NCBI GenBank assembly: GCA_041651415.1
Contig: JBAZJH010000001.1
Coordinates: forward strand, 11,374 to 75,373
Direction: 5' to 3'
Source of the DNA: Minisyncoccota bacterium
GTDB taxonomy: Bacteria; Patescibacteriota; Minisyncoccia; UBA6257; XYB1-36-10
DNA: 64,000 bases
Each line of letters begins with the position of its first letter. Position 1 is the first letter of the stretch. Below, piece by piece: positions 29,984 through 39,228 of this stretch. A program made the position numbers and the translations under genes. The notes under the pieces are model-generated. The model saw only the letters and a program-made list of their open reading frames with translations. It was not told where the DNA came from and searched no databases.

Positions 29984-30070
29984 GGAGGCGTGCGCGAGCG
30001 GTTGAAACGGACGGTCTTGAAAACCGTTATGTCGGAAACGGCATCGGAGGTTCGAATCCTCCCGCCTCCG
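29984..30070 (+). tRNA. tRNA-Ser (anticodon TGA), type II
   Basis: ggaggcg..acggt-ctTGAaa-accgt..long variable arm..ggaggttcgaatcctcc cgcctcc g. The 3' half is identical to tRNA-Ser(CGA). Confidence 0.8.
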
Positions 30071-30122
30071 CAGTTAGTCTTGGTATCGGTATATGTCGAG
30101 ACTCATTTAGACTTGTAACACC

Positions 30123-30890
30123 ATGAAAAGAGGTCAGTGCAAACTTTGTCTTCAAATAAAAGATTTGTGTAAGGAATCTCATATTATTCCCAGTTTTTTA
30201 TACAAATTGCTAGCCGGAAAAAATAGCCTCTTGGTGTTTCTTGATAAAATCGCTGCGCGTTTTCGCTACAACGGCGAATATGAGAGAAATATTTTGTGTG
30301 AAAACTGTGACAATCAGATAATTGGCAAGCTAGATGACTATGCAGCAAAGTTTATTCACAACGAGTTTCCTCAGAAATTAAATTCTCGGATAGAAGTCAT
30401 TAACGGACATGAGTATCTAGTGATTGAAAATGATCCGAATTACGATTACAAAAAATACAAACTTTTCTTGCTCTCCCTGCTTTGGCGGTCGAGCATTGCT
30501 TCTAGACCGTTTTTCCAGCAGCTAAAGCTTTCTTCAAGCGTAGAGGATGATTTGAGACAAATGATTTTATCGAGCAATCCAGGGGAACCCGAAAGATATG
30601 CATCATTCGTTTTCTTGCCTCCTCTTGTTTCGGCTCCTGGAGGAGGCAGAGGATTCAACACTTTCTACATGCCAACCATGTCTCCAATAATGGCAAAAAA
30701 CAACGACTGGGAGATATGCAAATTCATCGTTGAGGGGATGATGTTCTTCTTTCTGATTTCTGCGCCGCCAGGAACCAAAGTTGAGCCGTCTACACGAAAA
30801 GATAAACTCCTTCTTAAAATCTCGACACCTGAAGAACAGAGCGAGGTTCATAAGCTAATCTTTGAGATGGTGCGAAATCACAAAAGATAG
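30123..30890 (+). CDS. HNH-endonuclease-like protein
   Basis: N-terminal CKLC...KESHIIPSFL...NILCENCDN matches the HNH signature (Cys pair, E-x-H-[HI]-I-P, second Cys pair plus Asn). It starts 53 nt after tRNA-Ser, and its codon usage differs from the flanking core genes. Confidence 0.45.
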   Translation: MKRGQCKLCLQIKDLCKESHIIPSFLYKLLAGKNSLLVFLDKIAARFRYNGEYERNILCENCDNQIIGKLDDYAAKFIHNEFPQKLNSRIEVINGHEYLVIENDPNYDYKKYKLFLLSLLWRSSIASRPFFQQLKLSSSVEDDLRQMILSSNPGEPERYASFVFLPPLVSAPGGGRGFNTFYMPTMSPIMAKNNDWEICKFIVEGMMFFFLISAPPGTKVEPSTRKDKLLLKISTPEEQSEVHKLIFEMVRNHKR

Positions 30891-31031
30891 ATTGTCGTGC
30901 CGAGGCCTCAATTGGCTCGAAGGAAATCGTCCAAAATATCCTTATGGGACTTGGACTATAAAGTTCAAAACTCAAGTAGCCCGCAGGATTGAGTATGGTG
31001 TTTTGTGATCGATGCTCTTAAATAATCGTAT

Positions 31032-31670
31032 ATGTCGGAAATTACTTATAAAGAAAAATTTGAGCAGCTGCAGGATTTGCTACTTGGGGCATTCAACACT
31101 TTTTATGTGTGGAAAGCGCTTCAAACTGAGGAGAATAATGACGTTTATAAAGAAGACGGGAATTTTTGGTCGGTGGTGATTCCTGCTTTGCAGCATGAGT
31201 GGTTTATTAGCTTGGCTCGACTTTTTGAAGACTCGCGCTTTAGCGATAAAGGTAAGGTTATTTCGGTACATGCACTAATCAAAGAGCATCCAAACTCAAC
31301 AAAAGTAAAGGATGCGAAAGAATTTATTCAGAAAAACGATCGGGTATTTAAAAACATAACGAGAATTCGAGACCTTCGGCATGCACATAACAATGCGCGA
31401 TTTTTGGTCAGTCCGAAAGGATTTGAGAAAAAGTTTGAACTCAAATATGGCGAGTTAGAAGAAATTTTTGAATTTGCTGATAAGTTACTTGAAATTCTGC
31501 ATCCCGAAGATAATTATGGCTATATTCTCGACCACATGAAAGATGAGGCTCGAATTCATACTGAAGATATTATTCGAGGCTTACGTTATTTCTTTAACGA
31601 AAGGAATAAGTATAGAAAGAGGTGGGTTAATGGTGAAGTTGATGGCCCTGACTTTCCACTAAAGACTTAA
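31032..31670 (+). CDS. Hypothetical protein, possibly HEPN/Abi-like
   Basis: All-helical, with a candidate R-x4-6-H motif (RIRDLRHAHNNARF). Co-directional with the HNH gene. Weak assignment. Confidence 0.3.
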   Translation: MSEITYKEKFEQLQDLLLGAFNTFYVWKALQTEENNDVYKEDGNFWSVVIPALQHEWFISLARLFEDSRFSDKGKVISVHALIKEHPNSTKVKDAKEFIQKNDRVFKNITRIRDLRHAHNNARFLVSPKGFEKKFELKYGELEEIFEFADKLLEILHPEDNYGYILDHMKDEARIHTEDIIRGLRYFFNERNKYRKRWVNGEVDGPDFPLKT

Positions 31671-31812
31671 CTGACCGGTCTGTTTTATTTTGCCCAGTCG
31701 CCAAGTTGCTATAGAAAAACCTTTTACTGCTTGGAAAGTGTTAATTTCTAAACCGATTTATACTGCCAAGTTTTATATTCAGTGAAATTGAAAATTATCC
31801 TATAAAAATTGA

Positions 31813-32856
31813 TTAGCGGAGGGATTTGGAAATTAGTTTTTCAACTTTCTTTTGTTCTTTTTTTAGGCGGTTTTCAAATTCTTTAAAAACATAGACGTTT
31901 TTGGGATTCAAGGCGTAGGGCAGGAAGTGGAGAAGAAGATGAGCTAAGAAAGCGATAAAAGCAATGACTGCCGCAACGGGCAGTTCTTTATAAATGCCGG
32001 TTGAAAAAACAGTAAAGAGAAAGAAAATATGAATGGCGGAAAGGATGGAAAAAGACAGAAGGTCAAACCGCCAGAGATATTTTTTCTTGTATTTAACAAT
32101 CGCAAAAAGAACGATGTTAATAAGTTCCACTATGATTACAACAAGAGCAATAAGTTTCCATTGCTGGACTTCGGGATTATAAATCACATTGAGATTGGGA
32201 TAGTAGTTAAATCCGATAAATTGATACCAGTTATTTATGCCGTAAGGAATAACGGAAAAAAGTCCGAACAGAGCGAGTCCGATTATTAAGCTTATGTAAG
32301 ACAAAATGGGGCTTATAAGCATCAATAATTCCGTCAGAAGCCGTTTAGGGTTAAGCGTGCGGATAAAGCGAATCAGAAAAGAGAAGGACAGGACAACAAA
32401 AATCCAGCCGGCCAGATTTTCATAAGGAACTCCAAACCATTCTTCGTTAAGCGGGATAACCCAATGCCAAAAACCCAGACGAATAGCAACAATGTCCATA
32501 GAGAGGTCAAGAACCAAAGCGGTTAAGGCATCCAAAAACGGGCGAAAAAACCAAGGAATATTGTATTGGTCGGACAGGAGCATAGCGCAATAAATAATAA
32601 CCGCCCAGCCGCAACCGATAGCGAGAGGAACGCCGAACATTTGAACAAGAAAGTCGGAGCTGTAGCCGTAGTTGTGCGCCAAAATGGTGTTGCCGACTTC
32701 CAAAATCATGCCGAAAGCGGCGCAACTTAAGATTTCATAAATCCGCAAAATATTTTTTTGATAATATTCACGAATAAGAATGATTACAAAAGGCACAAAA
32801 ACCAAAAATTCAAAAAAAAGATAAAGATTTATATTTAAATAAGGAAGAGATGACAT
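31813..32856 (-). CDS. Polytopic membrane protein (resembles the carotenoid-biosynthesis-associated PF04240-like family)
   Basis: ~9 TM helices. The conserved aromatic-rich segment GFWHWVIPLNEEWFGVPYENLAGW is present. Family-level guess only. Confidence 0.35.
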   Translation of the reverse strand: MSSLPYLNINLYLFFEFLVFVPFVIILIREYYQKNILRIYEILSCAAFGMILEVGNTILAHNYGYSSDFLVQMFGVPLAIGCGWAVIIYCAMLLSDQYNIPWFFRPFLDALTALVLDLSMDIVAIRLGFWHWVIPLNEEWFGVPYENLAGWIFVVLSFSFLIRFIRTLNPKRLLTELLMLISPILSYISLIIGLALFGLFSVIPYGINNWYQFIGFNYYPNLNVIYNPEVQQWKLIALVVIIVELINIVLFAIVKYKKKYLWRFDLLSFSILSAIHIFFLFTVFSTGIYKELPVAAVIAFIAFLAHLLLHFLPYALNPKNVYVFKEFENRLKKEQKKVEKLISKSLR

Positions 32857-32958
32857 AAAGATTATTTCTTAATATTTTATTTACGTATTTTTTAATTTTA
32901 TAACAGATTCTTAATTTGGTATAATTTAATCATTAAAATTAATTTTTTGTTTTAGACC

Positions 32959-33204
32959 ATGAAGCTTAATCAAAAGGGGTTGGCGATGACTTTGGGAGTA
33001 ATGTGGGGAGTTTGTTTTTTCGCCATGACTTTAATTTCGGCGAATAACGGATATGCGGGAGAATTTTTAAAAATTTTTGTCGGGGTTTATCCGGGTTATG
33101 AAATAAGCGTGGCGGGAAGCGTTACCGGACTGGTTTATGGGTTTATTGACGGATTTGTCAGCGGATACATTCTTGTTTGGCTTTATAATAAATTTTCCAA
33201 ATAA
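32959..33204 (+). CDS. Small two-TM membrane protein
   Basis: 81 aa, Gly/aromatic-rich TM helices. Confidence 0.35.
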   Translation: MKLNQKGLAMTLGVMWGVCFFAMTLISANNGYAGEFLKIFVGVYPGYEISVAGSVTGLVYGFIDGFVSGYILVWLYNKFSK

Positions 33205-33206
33205 AA

Positions 33207-33473
33207 ATGGCGGAAATAAGAAAAAAAATCTGGCCAGAATATTTTGAAGCAGTGGAGTCCGGGAAAAAGAAGTTTGAATTGCGTTTAAATGATTTTGAAA
33301 TAAAGGAAGGAGACACGCTTATACTAGAAGAGTGGAATCCCGAAACGAAAGAATACACAGGCAGAAAAACGGAAAAGAAAGTAGTAAGGGTTGATAAGTT
33401 TATGATAGACAAATTATTTTGGCCGGAAGAGGAAATAAAAGAAAAAGGAATTCAGATAATGTCTTTAGAATGA
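33207..33473 (+). CDS. ASCH/DUF3850-like small PUA-fold protein
   Basis: IWPEYFEAVESGKKKFELRLNDFEIKEGDTLILEEW...YTGRK matches the DUF3850/ASCH N-terminal pattern. Confidence 0.45.
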   Translation: MAEIRKKIWPEYFEAVESGKKKFELRLNDFEIKEGDTLILEEWNPETKEYTGRKTEKKVVRVDKFMIDKLFWPEEEIKEKGIQIMSLE

Positions 33474-33769
33474 AAAATATAACAAAAACGACTTTATTTA
33501 CGGCAGGACTGTCTTTTGTGACGGTAGCTTTGGCGATTTTTATGCAACTTAGAGCGGAGGAAAGTTTGTCTTTAAAATGCAGTTATCTTGACCCGATTGG
33601 CATAGATATTTTGGCGTTTTTGGCCGCTCTATTTTTAGCAACAGAGGGAATAATCAGAATTTACGAACATAAAAATTATTCTTTACTAAAACAGGCGACG
33701 AGAGCTATTCGAGTGGCGTTCGGATGCGCGATTATGATGCTCCATATCTTGCAGTTTTGGTATAAGTAA
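33470..33769 (+). CDS. Small membrane protein (start reassigned to the Met overlapping the upstream stop)
   Basis: MKNITKTTLFTAGLSFVTVALAIF... with three predicted TM helices. Confidence 0.35.
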   Translation: MKNITKTTLFTAGLSFVTVALAIFMQLRAEESLSLKCSYLDPIGIDILAFLAALFLATEGIIRIYEHKNYSLLKQATRAIRVAFGCAIMMLHILQFWYK

Positions 33770-33965
33770 TAAATAAAAGATAAAGGTGGATTCCCGCCTT
33801 CGCGAGAATGACAGGTTGAAGCTTCTTAATATTAATTGGCTCATAAATTAAAAAAAGATAGATTTCTATTTTTGTGAGAATGACGGAAAGTTTTTCACAT
33901 GGGACAATGTGGTATAATTAAATTAAAGTCGCAGCGTTTCTTTATAAATTAATTTTTAATTATTT

Positions 33966-34076
33966 ATGTGCCAAGAATGCGGATGCGAGCCGTGCGGAAA
34001 ATGTGGAGCGAAAATTGAAGACGGAAAATGTTCGGGATGCGGAAAACCGGCTGAGGAGTGCGAGTGTGAAGGCTAG
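33966..34076 (+). CDS. Cys-rich 36-aa peptide (11 Cys), possibly metallothionein-like
   Basis: MCQECGCEPCGKCGAKIEDGKCSGCGKPAEECECEG. An extended -10 (tgg tataat) lies ~30 nt upstream. Not in the ORF track because of its length. Confidence 0.3.
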   Translation: MCQECGCEPCGKCGAKIEDGKCSGCGKPAEECECEG

Positions 34077-34118
34077 TTTTTAAATTAAAAACAGAAAGGT
34101 CGCAAATATTATATTTTT

Positions 34119-34316
34119 ATGGGAAAATTAAATGTTTTAGATTGGGTGGCTTTAATTCTGACAATTATAGGCGGATTAAACTGGGGTTTAGCTCCGATGG
34201 GAATAAATTTAGTGACGATGATTCTTAGCGAAGGAATGTGGGCTAATATTGTTTATTACTTAGTCGGACTTTCCGCTATTTATCTTTTGATTATTTCGCC
34301 GAAACTAAGAAAGTAA
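34119..34316 (+). CDS. DUF378-like small membrane protein
   Basis: LDWVALILTIIGGLNWGLAPMGINLV...YYLVGLSAIYLL matches the DUF378 pattern. Confidence 0.5.
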   Translation: MGKLNVLDWVALILTIIGGLNWGLAPMGINLVTMILSEGMWANIVYYLVGLSAIYLLIISPKLRK

Positions 34317-34391
34317 TTTTAAAAGATAATTCTAAAAAAGCGGCTTCAATATTTTATCGGAGCCGTTTTTTTGTGTTAAAATTATCGAAAG

Positions 34392-35132
34392 ATGTGGAGC
34401 AAACTTAGTCGAGACACAAGAAGGGTGATTTTGGCGATTTTAGCCGCGGGAGCGATTATTTTTGCTGTCCAGATTTTTGAAATTATTTGGTATTACGGAG
34501 TGCAGGGAGTAAAACTGAAAGCGGAGACGCAAGCGTTTTCCTTGGAGAGAGAAGTATCACTTGGAAAAATTTTAATAATAGGAGACAGTACGGGGGCGGG
34601 AACAGGAGCAAACAGTTCAAAAGAAACAATTGCCGGATTTTTGGCGGAAGAAGGATTTTTTGTAAAAAATAAAGCGGAATGGGGGGCGATGACGGAAGAA
34701 ATTGTCGGACAGCTTAAAGGAGAAGAAAAAAAAAATTATGATTTAGTCCTTATTTTTACCGGAGGTAATGACATTCTATGGTTCTATGATTTAGATAAGA
34801 CGGTTTTAAATTTGGAAAAAACTTTGGAAAAAGCGAAGGAAGTTGGGAGGAGAGTGGCAATAGTGCCGCCCGGGAATGTGGGACTGGCGCCTATGTTTAA
34901 AGAACCGGTTGGGCTTCTTTACACGAGAAGAACAAAGTTTGTTAGATCGGAATTTATGAAAGTAGCGAAAGAAAAAGGAGCTATTTATGTGGATTTATTT
35001 ACGGATAATTTAGAAGAACTTTTTTCCGGAGAGCCGCTTAAATATTTTGCTTCGGATTTGCTTCATCCAAGTTCGGAAGGATATAAAGTGTGGTATGAAA
35101 AATTAAAGGAAGCGCTGAATGGAGAAAAATGA
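34392..35132 (+). CDS. SGNH/GDSL-family hydrolase
   Basis: ILIIGDSTGAG (block I Ser), IFTGGNDI (block III), and a C-terminal DLLHPS (Asp/His). N-terminal TM anchor. Confidence 0.65.
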   Translation: MWSKLSRDTRRVILAILAAGAIIFAVQIFEIIWYYGVQGVKLKAETQAFSLEREVSLGKILIIGDSTGAGTGANSSKETIAGFLAEEGFFVKNKAEWGAMTEEIVGQLKGEEKKNYDLVLIFTGGNDILWFYDLDKTVLNLEKTLEKAKEVGRRVAIVPPGNVGLAPMFKEPVGLLYTRRTKFVRSEFMKVAKEKGAIYVDLFTDNLEELFSGEPLKYFASDLLHPSSEGYKVWYEKLKEALNGEK

Positions 35133-35255
35133 AACTTCACGGCCGTAAGGCCGTGGAATCTTAAAGTTTCACCTCGTAGAAAGTCGGGTTTTATTAAATC
35201 TTTACCGCTTCAACTCCCTAGCTAACGCGCGGGGTTTTCGCGAAGATTTAATAAA
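35130..35255 (+). repeat. Repeat family B, copy 2, beginning at the SGNH stop codon and lying upstream of the grpE promoter
   Basis: tgaaacttcacggccgtaaggccgtggaatcttaaagtttcacctcgtagaaagtcgggttttattaaatctt...ctaacgcgcggggttttcgcgaagatttaataaa. The inner stem shows compensatory changes relative to copy 1 (cacggcc/ggccgtg versus tatggcc/gaccgta). Confidence 0.6.
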
Positions 35256-35292
35256 TCAGATTTTATAAAAGAATGATTTTTCTTCAAGAAAC

Positions 35293-35320
35293 TTGACGAG
35301 TGGGGTTTTTGGATTAGAAT
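35293..35320 (+). promoter_or_regulatory. Candidate grpE-dnaK promoter (TTGACG-N16-TAGAAT); no CIRCE element found
   Basis: ttgacgagtggggtttttggattagaat lies 10 nt before the grpE ATG region. Confidence 0.4.
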
Positions 35321-35330
35321 GTAAGGTGCT

Positions 35331-35855
35331 ATGGAAGAAGAAAAAAAGGAAAAAAACGAGGATGTCCTTCGACAAGCTCAGGAAATAAAATCAGACGGTT
35401 CTTTGAACGGCCAATTGGCGGATTCAGATTCGGATGATTTGAAAGCGTGTTTGAAAGATAAAGAGGAATATCTGAATGGTTGGAAAAGGGCAAAGGCGGA
35501 TTTAGAGAATTATAAAAAGGAAGAGGCGGCGAGAGCGGAAATGTTGGCAAAGTTTGCAAATGTGGCTTTATTGAGAGATTTACTTTCTGTGATGGATAGT
35601 TTTGATTTGGCAATAAGCGCGGAGAAAGAAAACAAAGGGCTTATTTTAATAAGAACGCAATTAGAGAGTTTTCTTTTAAAAAACGGAATGGAGCCGATAA
35701 AAGCAATGGGAGAAAAGTTTGATCCGGAAATTCACGAGGCGGTTCAAGAAGAAGAAGGAAAGGGAGAAAGCGGAATAGTGACGGCCGAAATAGAAAGGGG
35801 ATGGAAGTTGTATGAAAAAGTGATAAGGCCGGCAAAAGTGAAAGTTTCAAAATAA
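35331..35855 (+). CDS. grpE: Nucleotide exchange factor GrpE
   Basis: NGWKRAKADLENYKK...LLRDLLSVMDSFDLA...GMEPI...FDPEIHEAV. Confidence 0.85.
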   Translation: MEEEKKEKNEDVLRQAQEIKSDGSLNGQLADSDSDDLKACLKDKEEYLNGWKRAKADLENYKKEEAARAEMLAKFANVALLRDLLSVMDSFDLAISAEKENKGLILIRTQLESFLLKNGMEPIKAMGEKFDPEIHEAVQEEEGKGESGIVTAEIERGWKLYEKVIRPAKVKVSK

Positions 35856-35909
35856 TTAGAAAATTAGTAAACAGTAATAAAAAACAAGTTGGAGTAAAAT
35901 ATAAAAACT

Positions 35910-37778
35910 ATGGGAAAAATTTTAGGAATAGATTTAGGAACAAGCAATTCGGCGGCGGCGGTTGTCTCCGGCGGGAATCCGGAAATAATTGAGAATGCCG
36001 AAGGAAACAGAACGACGCCGTCAGTAGTGGCGATAAATAAAACAGGAGAAAGGTTAGTGGGGCTTCTTGCCAAAAGACAAGCTATAACCAACCCGCAAAA
36101 CACGATTTTTTCCGTGAAGCGTTTGATTGGCAGAACTTTTTCCGACCTGGAAGTGCAAAAGGACAGAAAACTTTTGCCTTTTGAAATGAGAGAAGCGGAA
36201 AACGGAGGATTGGAAGTGAAAATGGGCGGAGCGGGAAAAGAAGGATGGTATAAGCCGGAAGAAATTTCTTCGATGATTTTGGCTAAAATAAAAGCGGATG
36301 CGGAAGCGCGACTGGGAGAAAAAGTGGAAGAAGCGGTGATAACCGTGCCGGCTTATTTTGACGATAGCCAAAGGCAAGCGACAAAAAATGCGGGAGAGAT
36401 AGCGGGACTGAAAGTAAAAAGAATAATCAACGAACCGACAGCGGCGGCTCTTGCTTACGGTTTAAATAAAAATAAAAACGAACAGATTGTGGTTTATGAT
36501 TTTGGAGGAGGAACTTTTGACGTGTCGGTTCTTGAAGTGGGAGAAGGGACGGTGGAAGTGCGAGCGACAGGAGGAGACACGCATCTTGGAGGAGACGATG
36601 TGGACCAGAGAATCATTGAATTTTTGGTCGGCGAATATAAAAAACAAGAAGGGATAGATATAACGAAAGACCCGCTGGCTTTGCAGAGATTGAAAGAAGC
36701 GGCGGAGAGAGCAAAGCATGAACTTTCTTCGGCTCTTGAGACGGAAATAAATCTTCCTTACATAAGTTCGGACGTTTCCGGTCCAAAGCATTTTTTAATG
36801 AAGCTTTCGAGAGCGAAATTGGAAGGGTTGGTGGAAGATTTAGTGGAAAAATCAATAACAATAATGAAAGAGGTGATTACCGCTCCGTCGCCGAAAGGAG
36901 CGGGAATGAAAATTGCCGACATTGATGAGATTGTTTTAGTCGGCGGACAAACAAGAATGCCGGCGATTGTGGAAGCGGTGAAGAAAATTTTTGGAAAAGA
37001 ACCGCATAAAAATATAAACCCGGACGAAGTGGTGGCTTTAGGCGCGGCAGTAGAAGCGGGAATTTTGCAGGGAGATGTGAAAGACATATTACTACTTGAC
37101 GTGACGCCGCTTTCTTTATCTATAGAAACTTTAGGAGGAGTGGCAACGCCGATGATTCCGAAAAACACAACGGTGCCGACCGAGAAAAAACAGATTTTTT
37201 CAACAGCGGCAGACAATCAGACTTCAGTGGAAGTGCATGTTTTGCAAGGAGAGAGGCCGATGGCGCAGGACAACAAGACTTTAGCCAGATTTATTTTAGA
37301 CGGAATTCCGCCATCACCGAGAGGCGTGCCGCAAGTCGAAGTTTCTTTTGACGTTGACGCTAACGGAATTTTAAACGTGACGGCTCTTGATAAAGCATCA
37401 GGAAAAAAACAGACGGTCAAAATAGAAGCATCAACAACTTTATCAAGTGAAGAAGTGGAAAAATTAAAACAAGAAGCGACGGCGCATGCCGAAGAAGATA
37501 TAAAAAAGAAAAAATTGATTGAAGTCAGAAATCAAGCGGAAAGTTTGATTTATGTGGCGGAAAAATCTTTAAAGGAATCGGGAAAAGACGCGCCGGCAGA
37601 AATAAAAAGCGCAATAGAAAAAAAGATAGAAGAATTGAAGACGATAAAAGACGGAGAAGACGCGGAAGCGATAAGCAAAAAAGTTTCAGAGTTGTCCACA
37701 GAACTACAAAAAATAGGCGAGTCGCTGTATAATAAAAAAGATGATAACAGGAGCGACGGAGAAGCAGTTTCAAAGTAA
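35910..37778 (+). CDS. dnaK: Chaperone DnaK (Hsp70)
   Basis: [36 protein letters not shown], the [14 protein letters not shown] substrate-binding region, and a C-terminal lid. Confidence 0.95.
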   Translation: MGKILGIDLGTSNSAAAVVSGGNPEIIENAEGNRTTPSVVAINKTGERLVGLLAKRQAITNPQNTIFSVKRLIGRTFSDLEVQKDRKLLPFEMREAENGGLEVKMGGAGKEGWYKPEEISSMILAKIKADAEARLGEKVEEAVITVPAYFDDSQRQATKNAGEIAGLKVKRIINEPTAAALAYGLNKNKNEQIVVYDFGGGTFDVSVLEVGEGTVEVRATGGDTHLGGDDVDQRIIEFLVGEYKKQEGIDITKDPLALQRLKEAAERAKHELSSALETEINLPYISSDVSGPKHFLMKLSRAKLEGLVEDLVEKSITIMKEVITAPSPKGAGMKIADIDEIVLVGGQTRMPAIVEAVKKIFGKEPHKNINPDEVVALGAAVEAGILQGDVKDILLLDVTPLSLSIETLGGVATPMIPKNTTVPTEKKQIFSTAADNQTSVEVHVLQGERPMAQDNKTLARFILDGIPPSPRGVPQVEVSFDVDANGILNVTALDKASGKKQTVKIEASTTLSSEEVEKLKQEATAHAEEDIKKKKLIEVRNQAESLIYVAEKSLKESGKDAPAEIKSAIEKKIEELKTIKDGEDAEAISKKVSELSTELQKIGESLYNKKDDNRSDGEAVSK

Positions 37779-38754
37779 TATAGAGAGAATAGTAAAAGAA
37801 AAAGAAAGAGAAAGCCGAGAGTGGAAAAAAATAACTCTCGGAATTTTGGCTTCTTTTTTAGCTTTGGGTTTTTCCTATTTTTTTTACGGATTTTTATCAA
37901 AAGCGGAAGGGGACTTTTTATTAGCTCTGCTGTTTTTTTCTTTGTTTTCCGTCACCTTTCTTCTTTCCGCAGTTTTAATAGAAGACCAGAAAACGCTTTA
38001 CGCTTTTGTCTTTATAGAATCAGTGATGGCTTCAGTTTTTTTTATTGCGGAGGCTGATTTTATGTGGAGTTCGGCGGCTTTTTGCATTTTGTTTATTTTC
38101 CTCTCTTGGGCGATTTTTTCCGGGAAAAGAGAAGAAGAAGCATATTTGCGAATAAAATTTTTTAGAACAGGAAGAGCGGTGATGTTGAAGTTCGTGACAG
38201 GGATGTCTTTTTTTGCGGCGATTGCCTATGTGGCTGTGGTTCTTTCCGGAAGCGTAAATTTGATTTCTAAAGAAACGCTTTATTCTTTAATGACTCCAAG
38301 CGTTTCTTTTATAAATAAATTTTATCCGGGATTTTCGTTGGACCAAACTTTAAGGGAAAATATAGAAATTATGGTGAGTAAAGAGGTGGAAAAAAGTTCA
38401 AGCGCGGCTATTGTTTCGGAGGAAGAAAAAAGAGCAATAATAACCAGCGGAGTGATAAAAACAGAAAATACTTTTTCTGACTTTTTAGGGATGTCGCTAA
38501 ATTCAAGAGATAAAACTTCCGATGTTTTACATTTAATAGTTTCTTTAAAGTTTTCCGAACTTTTCAATCAATATGGATACGGAGTCTATGTAGTTTTGGC
38601 TTTAATTGTTTTTCTTGTTATTCGAGGAATTGGTCCCTTGTTCTATTGGCCGGTTCTTGTATCTTCTTTTGTTATCTACGAATTTCTTAGAGCTTTGGGA
38701 TTTTTTGCGATTTTACTTGAAGAAAGAAGCAAAGAAGTAATTTATATGAAGTAG
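37741..38754 (+). CDS. Polytopic membrane protein, hypothetical (true start probably internal)
   Basis: Seven or more hydrophobic helices. The ORF overlaps the dnaK 3' end by 38 nt. Confidence 0.35.
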   Translation: MITGATEKQFQSNIERIVKEKERESREWKKITLGILASFLALGFSYFFYGFLSKAEGDFLLALLFFSLFSVTFLLSAVLIEDQKTLYAFVFIESVMASVFFIAEADFMWSSAAFCILFIFLSWAIFSGKREEEAYLRIKFFRTGRAVMLKFVTGMSFFAAIAYVAVVLSGSVNLISKETLYSLMTPSVSFINKFYPGFSLDQTLRENIEIMVSKEVEKSSSAAIVSEEEKRAIITSGVIKTENTFSDFLGMSLNSRDKTSDVLHLIVSLKFSELFNQYGYGVYVVLALIVFLVIRGIGPLFYWPVLVSSFVIYEFLRALGFFAILLEERSKEVIYMK

Positions 38755-38784
38755 CTGTGGTATAATTTCAGAAAGGCAAGTGTC

Positions 38785-39228
38785 TTGGTTTTTAAAATTT
38801 CAATGAGTTTTTTTAAAATATTTTTTTCTAAAAGAGGGGCGGCGATGTTACCGGTTGTGATGGCGCTTGGAGGTGTAGTGATTGAATCAGTGGCAGTGAT
38901 GTCTTTTATGTCTTATACCTTAGGACAGGCGGGATTGGGGGAAAGATTATCTTCGGAAGCGTTTGCGGCGGCAAGAAGCGGAGCAATAGACGCGGTTCGA
39001 AGAGTTATAAGAGATAAAGATTTCTACAGCAGCGGAGGATATAATTTAACAGTGGGAGAAAAGACAGCTACAGTCACTGTAGTAAAAGATTATCCGGAAG
39101 TGGGTAAAACAAGGATAATTTCTACCGGCACAGCGCTTTTCCGACAAAGAAAAGTAATTGTTGATCTAAAAATAGATTCAACTACCGGACAAGTGGATGT
39201 AGTTTCTTTTGATGAGGGTAATTTATGA
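38785..39228 (+). CDS. Hypothetical small protein with an N-terminal TM (TadE/pilin-like?)
   Basis: KRGAAMLPVVMALGGVVIESVAV resembles TadE-like N-termini. Stop overlaps the next gene (ATGA). Weak. Confidence 0.3.
   Translation: MVFKISMSFFKIFFSKRGAAMLPVVMALGGVVIESVAVMSFMSYTLGQAGLGERLSSEAFAAARSGAIDAVRRVIRDKDFYSSGGYNLTVGEKTATVTVVKDYPEVGKTRIISTGTALFRQRKVIVDLKIDSTTGQVDVVSFDEGNL

Noticed and set aside
35135-35330. CIRCE/HrcA operator upstream of grpE-dnaK
   Set aside because: No TTAGCACTC-N9-GAGTGCTAA-like inverted repeat is present. Only repeat B and a sigma70-like promoter were found.
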